From NCBI GenBank assembly GCA_013239625.1, contig MU053810.1:6792122-6856121 (forward strand): a stretch of 64,000 nucleotides of DNA. The letters run 5' to 3'. Below, one piece after another: positions 13,255 to 27,010 of the stretch. Each line of letters starts with the position of its first letter. Position 1 is the stretch's first letter. Position numbers and translations under genes: made by a program. A model generated the notes under the pieces. It had not been told where the DNA came from. It saw only the letters and a program-made list of their open reading frames with translations, and ran no database searches. The stretch is from Lama guanicoe (taxonomy: Eukaryota).

Positions 13255-14881
13255 GACAGTTTTTTTTTCCCCTAAAAAGAGGTTTTATTTCCTTTTGTCC
13301 ACAGTCAGTATTTCACATTATTTCTCTGTCCCAGGGCTCCTGGGCAGGGGCTGGTCCCTAAGAGGGCCTCTGGGTGGAGGTACCTGCGCAGTAATTGGTA
13401 GGGGAGTAAGGACGAGTTGGGGCGGCGCCTGGCTTTGCCTCAACCTTTCAGAACTCACTGTCCTGTCTGGGCCTCGGTGTCCCCACAGGCCCCTGGGAGG
13501 GTCCAGCGTTGCTGGCCTGAGGGTCCTAGGGAAATCCAGTACTTCATGAGGCTTCAAGTATCTGGGGACTGTGGCCTGGCCTTCTCCTAGGGAACCCTCT
13601 TCCTTCAGTACCCCCCCAACCCCCCACACTGCTTCCCTGAAAAAAAAAAAAGTACTTTCAAAACCGCCTGAAACTTTTGGGGGTACGGAAACCACAAACT
13701 GATCAGCAGAGAAAAAAGGAGGGAAGAAGCAACCGGAAACCATTTGGGGCCTGAACCCCTCAGAGCCGGGGTTCCCCCCCTTCCCCGCAGCTGCTTGGCC
13801 CAAAGCCTGCTGGAAAACTGCTGCCCGGAGCACTCAGACTTGAAGGAAAACAAGACAAAAACACAGAAGACCCCGAAAACCCAGATGGGGCAAGATGTGG
13901 GGAGACAGCCCGCCTGCGCACCTCAGTAGCCTGCCTCCTCCTGGCAGTAGGAGGGGTACTCCGGGGCCTCCCCCGGGCCGAGGCAGTCACTGGCAGCCGC
14001 TGGAGCGCCATCGGCTGCTGGGCCTTGCGGGCAGTGCTTGGGGTCGCATATCTGCCGGCCCAGGCCGACCACCTGGCCGCTCTGGTTGGCGCCCTGCGTG
14101 TAGCCCATCTGCAGGGACATGGAGGAATTGTCACATTTGTCTGTCCCCAGCTTGGTGTCATAGATGTGCCGCCGGGTCCCTGGAGCCGTCATGCCCACCT
14201 GGCTGGCACACTTGTTCGTGCCCATCTGGAGGCTGATGGTTGAGTGGTCCATGGGTGGCAGGATATGGTTCTTGGGGTCGTACAGATGCCTCCTGGTGCC
14301 GTAAGCTGTCATGCCCGACTGGCTGGCACATTTGTTGGTGCCCATCTGCAGCCCGGTGACGCACTGGCCCGCCTTCATGGTGGCGTCGTCGAAGTTCCGC
14401 TCCTGTTTCTCCGAGTATTTGACAAATGTCCACACCACTCTGCAGCCCCTTCGTCTTGGCCTTCCCAGCCAGGGCGAGAAGAGACACCTGCACCTGTGTC
14501 AGGTTCCAACTCTCAAACAGGTCGTTGGCCTCGAACAGATCCACGGGGTTCATGCCGTAGCTGACCATGGCCTTGATGAAGTTGGAGAGGTTTTCTAGCT
14601 GGTGCCAGTTCTGCATGGAGCGGTTGATCTTGGGGACTGAGCTTGGTTGCAGCTTATGAGTTTGCGTAAGATAAGCCCGTCCTTCAAACCCGTTTGGAAG
14701 TCGGGGCCTATGGGGAGGCCGGTGAGTCCCTCAATCCAGCTGCGGAGTTCTGCCTCCTTCTGAGGGTCATGCTTGGACGCGAGCCGGTTGTTGACCTCGG
14801 CCGAGAGCCCGCACGATGGTCCCTTATTGAACTGCGTGGAGCTCATGGCTGGCGGGGGCGGCGGGTGCGTTGGGGGCGGGG
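13255..14881 (-). pseudogene. CNN2: Processed pseudogene of calponin 2
   Basis: Intronless copy from ATG at 14846 ([11 protein letters not shown]...) to TGA at 13925-13923 (...YCQEEAGY*). It has a GC-rich 5'UTR, about 650 bp of 3'UTR, AATAAA at 13289-13284 and an A-tail. Inferred deletions of 4 bp (about 14655) and 2 bp (about 14424) give a premature TAG at 14597-14595. Confidence 0.95.
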
Positions 14882-14900
14882 NNNNNNNNNNNNNNNNNNN
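14882..14900. other. Assembly gap (19 N) at the 5' junction of the CNN2 retrocopy
   Basis: Run of n directly after a G-rich tract. Confidence 0.99.
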
Positions 14901-17900
14901 TGTAAAACATTGAAACATTCTGTCCCGTTGCCTTAGTTAGGAATTCTTTTTAATTTCTAAGACTTCACAAGAAAGCCCATTTTTGTATAAGGTAATTTGC
15001 AGTAGTGCTGTTTAAGACTTTTTAGAAAAATGTTTATCCAAAAATAAAATCCAGAGTAATGTATACAGTTTCATACTCTTTAAAACGGTACGGCACACTA
15101 AGTAAAGAGCAAGGTCTGGGATATTTTATATATGTGAAATAAGAAACAACCAGCCATTCATTATTAGTTATAGTTCAACATTTATTGTTGGGCAGAAACA
15201 TCTTTCGTTTTTGCAGGATTTACAAGAGACGCATGCCTGTTCCCTTTGCTGTTTCAGCACTTAGAAGTGTCCCGCCAGTGTCTCATCTTTTGGAAGTTCA
15301 GTGCCTGATTTTATGACTCAAAGTTGCTGACTCTCACTGCCATTGCAAAGATGCAGAATAACCTAGATGCATGGGAAGGGACATTCTGGATCATTTTCAC
15401 TCAGCCAGGTCATCCCTCATGCTTATGTCCAAAACAACTTAATGGCCAGATCATTTTCTGTCAGCCTTCATCCCCCAACTCAGCCCCTCCCCTCTGCTAA
15501 GATGCTACTGGAATGCATTCCTAAAATGCAGATAATCATGTCCTGCTTTGTCCTCAGTTTCCCCATAGCTTCTTTGCAAAAATAGCTGCTATTCTCTGTA
15601 ATCTATCCACAATCTCCAATTTCCTTTTTCTTTCAGCTAATAAGTAGAGTAACTCACATTTCACATGATGGAGATGAATTCCCTAAGTGTCAAAAAAGCA
15701 TGCAGAAGTGAATAGCACAGACTGAAATATTACAAAAAGCATCTCGCTTTGAGAAGGATTACTTAAAGTGCCATGAAATTACTGAAACAAAATATGTCAT
15801 TTGAGTAGTCTTCTATTATTGATTAAAAGCTATTGAGAATAACTGATATATTTTCAAATAAAAAGTAGATCACTGAAAGAACAACAGATACCCCTCATGA
15901 AAATGGAGTGGAATGACAATTTAATAACAAGTGTTTAAAATTTGACATTAATGAGAAAAAAACACTTGGCTTACTTTTTCAATATCAAGCTTTGTTTCAC
16001 AGAGGTAAACTCAAATATCATCTAGTCTGACATCAATCATCTTTTAAACATAGTGTATTTTATACTTGGAGAAATTCAAGACCTCACAAATGATTGCTCA
16101 GTGTCTCCTGATTGCTAGATAGGTGCTGATGGATCTAGGCAATCTTTCTTATCATCTGAACACTGTTTAATCTCAGAATTTTTTTTTCTTTTTTAATTTG
16201 GCATGTTCAAAACTGGGATCTGCAAGGTAGGTGCTTTAAAATCCCACTGCTCACACGTCGGCAAGAGAACCTATCGGATGTTAGCTAGACAACATCAGCT
16301 CTCCTCAAACTTCTTAAACAGGAAAATAAAATGTGAGAACAGGAACAGAACTGCTTAGAACTGTGAAGCTTGTCTTTAACACATTGTCTACCTTCTACAG
16401 CATGTCTGGAAGTACAGGGGATGACTAGACCAAGTGTAAAATGAAGAGACATTTCATACTTTGTCTGAGATTTGGAGACAGTCTAAATATTCCTGGATTT
16501 TTTTATGCTCCTTATTTTGTACTCCACATTAACACAAAATGTTTCAATTCTGACAAGACATTTACAAATGTACAAATATGATGAGCATTTCAGTGAATAA
16601 ACCAATAGATGATTTAATGAGGTGAAAGAAATGCTCCCTTTTTCCAAGAAGAGTAGCAGTTCAGAATTTTAAAACAGCAGAATTATGTCTGACAGGCAAA
16701 AACAAAGGTAGATTATAAAGGGTTGTGGGAAAACAGCTGCTAATTAGATGCAAAAAGGATGGAGACAGGAATTCAAAACTCAATCTCTAAAATAGTATAA
16801 ATATTTCTAGATTAGATGGAGTAAATTGGATTCTGATTTTCCCAAACTTGGGAGCATTAACAGGAACTGTTTTTGAAATTCAATCCACATGGAGTGCCTC
16901 ATTCTTAAACTTGTTTAGCAAGACAAAGTGAAAAAAAAATGGGAGTCATACAGTTAACTAATACCTTGTTTCCATTTTGATTGTTAATTCTAACCATTTG
17001 TTTCATGAAATTCTGCTGTTTCAGTTAGGCTTAATGTTTATTAGCAAATCATAATATGTCTGCGATTAAATAATTACTTTGATATTTTTAGTTTCATATT
17101 TCATGTTATTAACATGGTTCAGGAAAGATTTTCAAATAATAAATTCGTAAGTTTTAATTAGAAATAAATGCTAACCCTTCAATATAGAATTCAGAAAGTT
17201 CACACTAACTGAGGGCTGTTTTAATTACTCTTCTTTCTTTTCTGTGTTGGACCCTGCTTAGTTATTCTTTGCTCTAAAGTATATTATACAAATGCATTAG
17301 GATTAGACTGTTAACTCAAAAAGATACAAGAAAAATAATTAAGTACAAGCAGAAACTGGACAGTGGAGAATTACTGAAAAGCTAAAACAATGTTACAAAA
17401 CCAAAAATTAGAAAAAAAAGTTTTACAGGGTAAAGGATATTTTTAAAAAGCAATTGTATTTAAGCTCACGGAAAGTTGAACTACTACTGACGCAGTTTTC
17501 TAGAAGTAATCAGTATTTGAAGCTTTTTAAAGGAACGACTCCAAACCTGTACCTGAACCTAAACCTCTTTTTGGAGCTCTAGACCCATATTTCACAGTTC
17601 TACCTGAATGATTTACAGGCACCTCAAACTCAAGGTTTCTAAACTAAATTTTTCCATTTTCCAATCTGCTTTTCTCTTTACATTTCCCATCCTGGTTGGT
17701 GGTAATCAGTTACCTATTTTGTAGTTAAACTATCTAAAATATTTATCTACAAGCTAGAAATAAAAGTGGGTTTTATGAAATATTCATGGGTTTACTTTCA
17801 AGAACCCCCTTCAAATTTGGGAGGCCGACTGTCTCACTAAGTAAATGAAAGAGTGAGTAACCAAAGACACGGTTAAACTGAAAAGCAGCATGAACGCTGA

Positions 17901-19254
17901 GCTGCATCCACGTGGAGAGGAAATTCTTCACTTGGAATCCATGGGCTCCTCTACAACTTAGAGAATAAGTTAAACAGTCAAAATCTTAATAAGATTCTGG
18001 GAGAAGAAAAGGAAGAGCAGGAAGAGAGTGGGGAAGGAGAAGCAACCACCTGCTTCTCTTTGATTTAAGGCACTACTAATTCTGGGTTCATGGGGTAACA
18101 CGGTGGGCAGATGGCGTGGGTGGAGGCGGAGCGGGACTCAAGCACAGAGGAGGTCACCATCCTCTCAGCTTCCTTGCAGACGTCTTCCCTGTATTTACTG
18201 CCCTCTCTTGCCTTCATCCCTATTACTTCAGACAACCAATACCTCCTTGTCACCCTTTCTGTCATCTCATCCAGTAAGGCATGTATTTCAAAGGAATTCC
18301 CTTATTCCTCCCAACTCTTAATTTCTTCCATTCCTTAATCTTACCTACTTTTTATAAATAAAAGGGATATAATAAATTCAAAGTAGGGTGTTCATGATTA
18401 ATTATAGTTTAATTGTTGCTCCTTCAGGTAGAACTTGGAAAACAGAGTAGATAGCAAGCACTTAAAATTCACAGGCAAAAATCTTGAACTCTGAAAGTTA
18501 AGAGAGAGGTTGTTAGCACAGTGGACCTCCTGGTGCCTCCCAGCATCACTGTCTGTGACTGTCTCCTCTGAGACTGTTCCTGTATGGGAGTAAACCAAGG
18601 AATGTACATTCAATCAGAAACTGGAATGCAAGGCTCCCTCTTAGGAATAAAAGGGACCCCATCATCATCTTCTGTTGAAGATTTTTTTTTTTTAAGAAGC
18701 AATTCATATTTGAAAAAAAACTTTTCTTCTCAATTGTGCATTTAAAGTCCATCAAGAATAAGTCTATCTAGCTATAACTGCCACACATCTGTGCCTCAGA
18801 AAACCCCCTAAGCCTTGGTGGAGGGCAAGCTAAGTAAGTAGGTTTGGTTCCTTTTATTCTTTCTTTCTTTGCAGGAGAAGTCTGTATAATAAGGAAGGTG
18901 CCTCTGAAATCCAGCTTCCTTATTGTGGTAGTTTCATGGCACGTTGGGAAGGTGTGACTTTAAGGTCCAGAACACTAGCTCCCTTCTGCCCCCATGAATA
19001 TACTATGTTTACTCTGGTTTTCTTTGTTTCTTCTTTGACCACATTTTTAAGACCATGAAAGAGATATAAATGCATACATTCTGGGAATGAGAGAGCCAGC
19101 TCAGGGGAAAGGGCAGTAAGTCCATGTATTGGGTAAAACAGGGGCCTGGAAGTGTACCTAGCATTGCTAATTTGCTCATTGAGTGGCATTTTCCCCAAAG
19201 ACACCTCCGCCTTTAACAAAACATTGATAATAAGTGTAGTAGTTAGGTAACAAC

Positions 19255-19435
19255 AATGACAGAGACAATAATGATGACAATTGAATTTCTATGCCGGCCA
19301 TCATCCTAAGCGCTTCATGTTAATTAACCCCCACAAACACATTTAACCCTCATGACAAATAGTAGGTACTATTACTCTCCCTACTTTATAAATAAGGAGG
19401 CTGAGGTTGAGAGAGGCTAAAAAGCTTGCCCAAAG
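19255..19435 (-). mobile_element. MIR fragment
   Basis: Sequence atttaaccctcatgacaa...gtaggtactattact...gaggctgaggttgagagaggctaa. Confidence 0.65.
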
Positions 19436-19684
19436 AGATTGACAGGACTAACATTACATAATGGTATCACTCAGCCTTGCCCCTTGTCGCTTTCAAAATC
19501 CAACTCTTAAAGCTGTCATTTAAAATAATATCTGGATAGCAGCTCCTGAGGCAACCTTTACTAACCTCCCACTGAAATATAAAGACACACGTGGAATAGA
19601 AAGCCACAACCCTGCTGTGAACAGGAAATTCAAAGCAGAAATACAAATAGAAATAAAAATGAAAAAAAAGTCCTCATTCTTACA

Positions 19685-20400
19685 AATAATGGGGAAATGG
19701 AAATTTTAAATGTATTATATCATTTTTAATCCATTAGACTGAAGAAGTTAAAAAGATTGATAATAACAACTACTATTTAGAATGCTAGAAAATGGGCACT
19801 TCCATGCTGCTAGGAATACCAATTTATGAAGCCTTTGATTAAGCAGTTTTGAAGCGTCTATCAAAATCTCAAGTGTCTGTTAAAATTTAAAGTGTCTGTA
19901 CTTGATCATACCAGCCACTTCACACCCAGGGGGTTTATTCTTCAGGATTACTTGCATGTTTGCACAAAAATATATGCACAAGAATGTTTACCAAAGCACC
20001 ATTGATATAATACCTAGTGAAAAACTTTAAACAATTGGCATAGCCACCAATATCAGAGAATATATAAACTGTGGTTCATCCATATGACATGATACTATGC
20101 AGCTATTTTTAAAAAGAGAAGGATACATATGCACAGGCAGAGAAATGGCTCTAAGGAGTTTTTAGAAACAATTTTAAATAAAAAGCCTTTATTAGTGAAA
20201 GGCATGGTATGAGCGTACATGCGTGTATCAAACCCTTGATGGTACCTATTTTCTGGGAAGAGAAGTAGCAGTGGGAGGAAGCAGAGGGCCTTTCAGGAAC
20301 TGCTGTTATATTTTTCTTTATGTGTTAATTTTGTTCAACAACAATGTATTCATTTCTTATTCAAGTAATAATCAGCTAAAAATCTTTAATGCCAAAAAAG
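19685..20400 (+). mobile_element. Old L1 (L1ME-like) 3' region
   Basis: Degenerate L1 3' motifs (gcacaagaatgttta, atactatgcagct). Confidence 0.6.
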
Positions 20401-21879
20401 GAAGGAAAGAAGAAAGAAGAGAAAGGATGAACCATGGGAGAGATAGGCAGATACTCAGAATAATTAAAAAATGATGAAACACAACCAAATTAGCATCTAC
20501 ATATAAGAGACTTAACCACAAGCTTCAAGAGAAGAGGTATTCAGAGATCACCTCGAGGGTCTGGCATGTAGTGAGCATTTATATTTATGGGGGAAGGAAG
20601 AAAGATGGTGAAGATAACAAGGAAGGGAAGATGGAAGAAATAAAGTCCAGAGAAAAAGGGAATAAACAAAAATTTAGCATGTAAAAAAACCCCACAATGC
20701 CAATATGTGGCAGAATGAAATTCAAGGTAAAAAAGCATAAAAAAGGGAGAAAAGGACACTTAATATCAATCACAGTTATCATTTTCTTGTAAGCTCTACC
20801 GATCGAAAGCTTGAATGTAGTGAGAGTCCTGGACCTCATGGCCCCTGCTGCCTCCTCGGCCCCGTCCGGCACCCTCTCACCTTCGCTCACCATGTTTCAG
20901 CAGACCTGGCCACTTTTTGGTTCTACAAATGCACTTACTCTCCACCTTAGGGCTGCCAGAGCTCATCCTGTTCCCTCACCTGTGTCTGTTTCCACCTCCC
21001 TCCCTAGCGCTCACCTGGCTCACTTCAACTCATTCCTCAGGTCTTGGCTTCATTAACTTTTCACACAATAAAGGATTCTTTTAAGTGCCTTCCCTGCAAC
21101 ATACAAGCTGGTAGCCACAGGAGTTTCAGAGAATTACCCAAACTGGGCTGTTCCCATGTTTTATGCTCACCGCACAGAGTACTTCCATGAGTGGCACACT
21201 TATCACAACTGAAATTAATGTTGAAAGCAATGTTCATAAGCATCACTTCCTAACAGGAGGAACATCGACGGTAAATAAACTGCCAAGTCTTAGTGGTGAG
21301 CCAGGAATCCTTCTTAAGCAGGCACGCGATAAGGACAGCTGATAGTAACAGTGGGGTTTTACAGTATTCCGGAATTTCTGTTCAATACAATGAGACAAGA
21401 AAATGAAATAACAGATATAAAGAATGGAAATGAGACCACATTGTGATCTGGAAGGAAGCTCTCCCAAGGAAGTAATCTGAATCATACACAAGATTTATTT
21501 ATAAGACTGTTCCACACAGTGTTATTCATATCAGGAGAAAATTAGGGACAACCCACAACCTCCAGGGTAGACAAATGGTAAAATTAATTATGACATACTC
21601 TACAGTGTAATAATATTATGTCATAAAATTCAAGGTTTGGGGGCTCAGTTAATGACAAAGAGTAAAAGATTATCATTTATATATGTGAAAATAATTTTAT
21701 ATTAAATATTTTAAAACAAAATAAAAAAGGTTTGGACTTACAGGTAATTTTTATATTAAAAATTTCAGTATTTCCCAAACTCTGTAAAATATACTTGTAT
21801 TGCTTTTATAACATAGAACAGTTTAAAACACTAAACTCACAAAAAGATTGAAAAGATTAAAGTTATAAAAAGATATCTT

Positions 21880-22575
21880 CCAAAACTGTTAAAATTAAAG
21901 AGACTGACAATTACAAATGTGGAGCAGGTTTAGGGCAAGGGGGATTTCTATACACTGCTAATGGGAATTCAAAACTGTACAACAACCTTGGAAAATGGTT
22001 TTGCAGCATCTTATTAAAGTTAAAAATACATCTGCCCTATGACCAAGCAGTTCTGTTCATAGGTAAAAAAGCATTTGATCACAAAAAGGCTTGTACAAGA
22101 ATGTTCACAGCAACTTTATTTCTAATAATCAAAATGGGAACAACCCAAATATCCATCCAACAGGAAAATAAATAAATTATAACAATATTCTTACAATGAA
22201 ATACCAGTCAGAAATAGAACAGGAAAAGTGTTGAGCCACATGGCCAAGATGAATCTCAAAAACTATATATATTAAAGAAGCCAGACACAAAAGAGAACAC
22301 ATTGCATGATTCCATTTATATGGAGTTCCAGAACAGGCAAAACTAATCTACTGTGACAGATATCTGAACTATAATCATCTCTGGTTTAAGGATGGAGAGA
22401 GGTGTGGGGATTGACCGGGAAAGGACAAGAGAGAACTTGCTGGTGGAAACGTCTGCATCTTGATAAAGGCATGGATTACACAGGTGTATGCATGTGTCAA
22501 ACTCACTGCACTGTACACTTAAGATTAATGCATTTCACTCTCTGTAAATTATACCTTCATAAAAAAAAATAAATA
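21880..22575 (+). mobile_element. Old L1 (L1MC/ME-like) 3' region
   Basis: Motifs aatgttcacagcaactttatt, caacccaaatatcca, gattccatttatatg, and an A tail. Confidence 0.8.
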
Positions 22576-23720
22576 AAGGATTTGAAACTCACACTAAGGT
22601 GATTAAAGATAAAAATCAATAGACCTTTTATTACCCCTTAAATTTCAGGAAATTGGTACAAACTGAAATTTGTAAGCCTTACCTCACAAGGGGTAATCTA
22701 GCAAAGAAACCAACAGTTCATACTTTTCTCGTATTTCTACCATTTGTACCTTCAATCTGTATATTCTGTTAAATTACATTTAGACCAATGACATTTCCAT
22801 ACTTCATTTACTTCTATCTGATCACTTGACAAAGATGGAAGAGAGCCCTACAAGAAAGGGAACAAGAAATTGACAACAAGAAGCTCAGAGTTCTCTACCC
22901 ACACTCCAAGAAAGACGAGGAACATCACACAAAGGGTGGTAATTAAATGTGTAAGCTCTGCAGTGTTTATCATCTGAGTTTCACATACTGGCTCTGTGAC
23001 TTACTGACTCTGTTTTGGGGTAAACTTTATTAATATTAATTTTAGCTTATTCTAAAATCTACCAAAAATTCAAGTTGAATTCAATTCTTTAAGAATACAC
23101 TATTTATAGGAAAATGTACCATAACTACATAAAACATATATGCCTGCTCTTTTCTCTGTGCACACAAAAAATTATTTTGAAAATAGTGTCTAGAAATCTA
23201 TTGCTAAATTCTGATTCTGTTCTTGTTAGGTATAAACAGTTTTGCCATTCAATGAGTTCGTGAGTTCAATTCTGATATGAGTGAATTTTTGCTAATATAT
23301 TTCAATTACGTTTAAATTTGAAATAACATTTTTATGGCCTTTCAGTTGGTAAATCACTCTTTGTTTCTGGCCTCAGAAAATGTCTTTTTCCAAAAGGGCA
23401 CCATAAAAACAAAGCAACAAATACTCCCATTTGCTATTATTAAAACTGACAGAAGACTCTTGTATTATCTTCCATATCTTATGTACCAATTTAAAATACA
23501 AATACAAAAAATTGCTATTTGTCTTATGGAAAAAATGTATCTATTTGCTGGTGAACATCCAGATCAATGCAAATGAGAATCTGTCCTTTTTACCTAGTTG
23601 TTTACAACTGGTTTTGACAGATACATTTTTATAGTAACCCAATATAATAAGAAAATAAGCTAGAATGTAGATAACAACATTCTATTTACAATCATCAAAC
23701 TTGTTAAGGGACTAGAACTT

Positions 23721-23875
23721 AATTAGTCTAACCACTAAAAAAGATAATTAATGTGATAGAGGTGCTAATTATCACTACAATGGCAATCATATTACAATAT
23801 ACAAATGTATCAAAGTAACATGTACACTTTGAATTTATACAATGTTTACATGTCAAATATATTTCAATTAAAAAT
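23721..23875 (+). mobile_element. L1 3' end fragment
   Basis: Sequence ...aaatgtatcaaagtaacatgtacac...atttcaattaaaa; residual TSD ctagaactt at 23712-23720 and 23879-23887. Confidence 0.7.
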
Positions 23876-24499
23876 AGGCTAGAACTTGATTTGAGCTTGT
23901 CATTTATGAAATAATTACATGCAATGATTTTGGTTTATATCATTCAAATGACCATATTCAGATGTCCAGTCATTAACATGAATGGACCATATGCCAAATA
24001 AAATATAAGAAGTTCTGAAATAGATATATATGGAAATCCATGGACAAAATATGTGCTCAAGAGAATAAAACACAGTCATTAAAACAGAATCAACCCATTA
24101 ATGCTAAATTAGTTCAAAAATGGTCTAAACTACATTCAGATGCTCCTATTTTTCAATCCCTACTTTTGGAAGGCAAGAACTTTCTCACCATATGCCCGTG
24201 GTCTGAAAGCACACATCGTGAAGGCTGTTCTCAAAGACTTGCAAAATTTACAAAGATTTTGTGACTTCCTGACTCACAGGGAGCTGTAAATAGATAGAGC
24301 TTATTTTAAGGCATTTCAACATTCGCTCTCCTGATACCAGCAGAATAAATAAATCAGAGCAAATGGATGTGAAAATAATTTGATTACTTTTCCTTCCTGA
24401 ATCTTAAAATATAAATCCTTCAGGTGATTCGAGTTTTGGATAAAGACTTAGACCAAGGCTTTTCTTATCTAAACTTTTCCTTGGTGATACACAACAGAA

Positions 24500-25390
24500 G
24501 TCTGTCTCTCTTCTTCACACCCTTTCTCTGGGTACCTATTTCATCCTCATAGCATCAGTTATCACCCCATCCTAGCACCTCAAATCTGTCTCTAGTTCTG
24601 ACCTCTCTTTAGAGCACCAGTCCTGGCTACTCCAGCTCAAGTTCATGGATGATTTAATCTCAGCATGTCCAAAACCAAAACCCATCTTTGCCCATTTAAA
24701 CAGGCTCCTTCCATATCCCCTCCTTTTATTAATGGCTTCACAATGCATGCAGAAAATTACATTAGCATTTTAAGAGTCACCCTGGACTTTTCTTTCTGTC
24801 ACTACTGCCAATACCATGTCATTTCTACTTCCTACTCATCTTTGGAAATCATTCCCATTCTTCCACCCCTAGTATCACTGTAGTAAGTTATACTTGTCTT
24901 CGTTCCTCCTGGAAACGAGTATAACAGATCCCTAATCGGTCTTGAAACTTGCAGTCTCACACATTCTAGGTTATCCTCCCCATTCAGCAAGGGAGATTTC
25001 TGTAAAATACAAATGCAACCATATAATTTCCTTTTTTAAATACTTAGGGTGGTTTGCTATAAATCAATCCAAATTCCTTATCTCAGCCCTTAGCTCTTCA
25101 CGTTACAACCTCTTCCAGCCTTTCCAGCTCCATCTCAAACACCCCATAGACCACAGGCTGTGTGTTCCACTGTGCTCTTTTTAATCCCAAGAACTCTGCA
25201 GAAGTGGTTCTTTTACCTAGAAAATTCTTACTCATCTTTCAAAGCAGTTCAAATATTGCCTTTTCTGGAAAGACATTCCTGATGTTTCCATTTAGAACTC
25301 CCTCTGTATACCCACTCCTACCTACTTTTTCACTCATTGTTAATGTGTTTATGTCTATCTTTTTCATCAGCTACTTGGAGCTGCTAGGAA
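24500..25390 (+). mobile_element. L2 fragment
   Basis: Motifs cagcatgtccaaaacc, agagtcaccctggact and atccaaattcctta. Confidence 0.65.
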
Positions 25391-25823
25391 ACCTCACAGA
25401 AGGCATAGACTACATTCCTGTTACATCTAAGAAAGGCTTTGTACTCCATTTCAAGCCTAAATATTAGCTACGTTGTCAGTGTAGTTTCCCCCCAAATAGT
25501 TAATAATACCAAGTTGTCACATAGCTACATGAAGAATGCATACGATTTTTAGGATGCGTGTTTAGATATAGAGAAGTTGAGCTTCTTCCACAAGAAGCTT
25601 AGTGATCTGGACATTGCCAGTCATGGAAGCATATACCCTACAACTAATGGTCTCTAGTGAATTCTACTTCAAGACTATGCTGATTTGAAATTCAACAATA
25701 TTATGGATAGAATTCTCAAATTTCCTTCTGGACAAAAAAGAATGAACTTTGGAGACTAGAATCAAATAGTAACATTGTTCCCCTCTGGTTTTTGTTTTGT
25801 TTTGTTTTTTACATCTTTCATTC

Positions 25824-25826
<3 letters not shown>

Positions 25827-25868
<42 letters not shown>
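25827..25868. repeat. (AC)21 microsatellite
   Basis: Perfect dinucleotide run. Confidence 0.97.
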
Positions 25869-25870
<2 letters not shown>

Positions 25871-25951
25871 CAGAGTTCCTGCTTTCATGAAGTATTCAAT
25901 TTTTTAGGGAAGACATACATCACAGTCTGAAGTAGAAGTAGATGCTCTAAA

Positions 25952-26148
25952 GCTTTGATTTTCAAAGGGGGTAACTTTGCCCCACAGAGGGTATTTGACA
26001 ATGTCTGGAGACATTTTTTAATTGTTACAACTTGCATCCAGTGGGTGGAAGTCAGGAGGGCTACTTACAAGGCACAGGACAACTCCCCACAGTGGAGGAC
26101 TACCTAGGGCAGGATATGAATAGTGCCCAGGCTGGGAAGCACTGTGCT
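25952..26148. mobile_element. MER20 (hAT-Charlie) DNA transposon
   Basis: Sequence tttgccccacagaggg...tttgacaatgtctggagacatttt...gcacaggacaactcccca. Confidence 0.8.
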
Positions 26149-26149
26149 G

Positions 26150-27010
26150 TAGGAAGACTACTTGGAACTGCAATAGCATATAGAAAAGGCATCTGACGAA
26201 GAGTGAGAACTTGGAGAGGCTTTCTTGAGAGTGATGGATGACTGAGGTCTGAAAGATGGGAAGAAGGAAACGGAGCTGGGTAAGTGGGTGGCGATGGAGA
26301 GAGAAAAGTAATAGTGTTCCAAGTAGAGGAACCACAGGTACCTAGTCCCTGGGGACCACGTCTCCTCGAGTGACCGAAAGGTATGGCTGAAGTACCAAAA
26401 GAATGGGAGAGAAGTCAGTGTTAAAGTTGTAAAGATAGTCAACGTCAATCATGCTGGTACTTAAAAGGATGGTTTAGGATTTTCTTCTCTACCCTATAGC
26501 AGTGAAAAGCCATCAGAAGGTTTCTGAGGAAAACGACTGATTCTAGAAGAATGTTTAAACTGCATTTAGAAAAGATCTCTCTGGCTGCCAGGTAGAGAAG
26601 ATGTTGATGGAGTACTTGGATGAATGCAGGAGGACAGTTTCACAATCTGGGGAAGAGATGACGGTATCTTGGACCAGGATGGTGGCAGCAGAGATGGAGA
26701 AAAGTGAATCCATTTTAGGCACGACCTGACAGGAATTTGTGATGGGCTGGCTACGGGGGACGAGGGAAAAGAAAGTGTCAAAGATGATGCTAACATACTC
26801 TTTGCCTCTGATGGATGGTGGTGTCAGGAAGGAGTGGGAGAGGTTTAGGTTTGGCAGAGGAAGATCCAGAGTTGGTTTTAAGTGCAGTGATGTATTGAGA
26901 CATAAGCAGAAATATCGATTAGGCAGTTGGGACTATGGGTCCGGAGTGCAGAGGAAATGCCCGAGGTCCTTTAGGCAGAGGTAACAGGAAAAGAGAGGGT
27001 CTAGGGTTCA
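26150..27010 (-). mobile_element. L2 fragment
   Basis: Motifs agatctctctggctgc and cttggaccaggatggtggcagcagagatggaga. Confidence 0.7.

Noticed and set aside
13253..14936. Plus-strand and alternative-frame ORFs over the CNN2 copy
   Set aside because: These are antisense or shifted frames of the pseudogene and its UTRs.
18480..18610. Possible cryptic minus-strand exon (acceptor-like tcccatacag|GAAC)
   Set aside because: No convincing donor or recognisable protein, and GPR158 needs no exon here because the two flanking exons join in frame.
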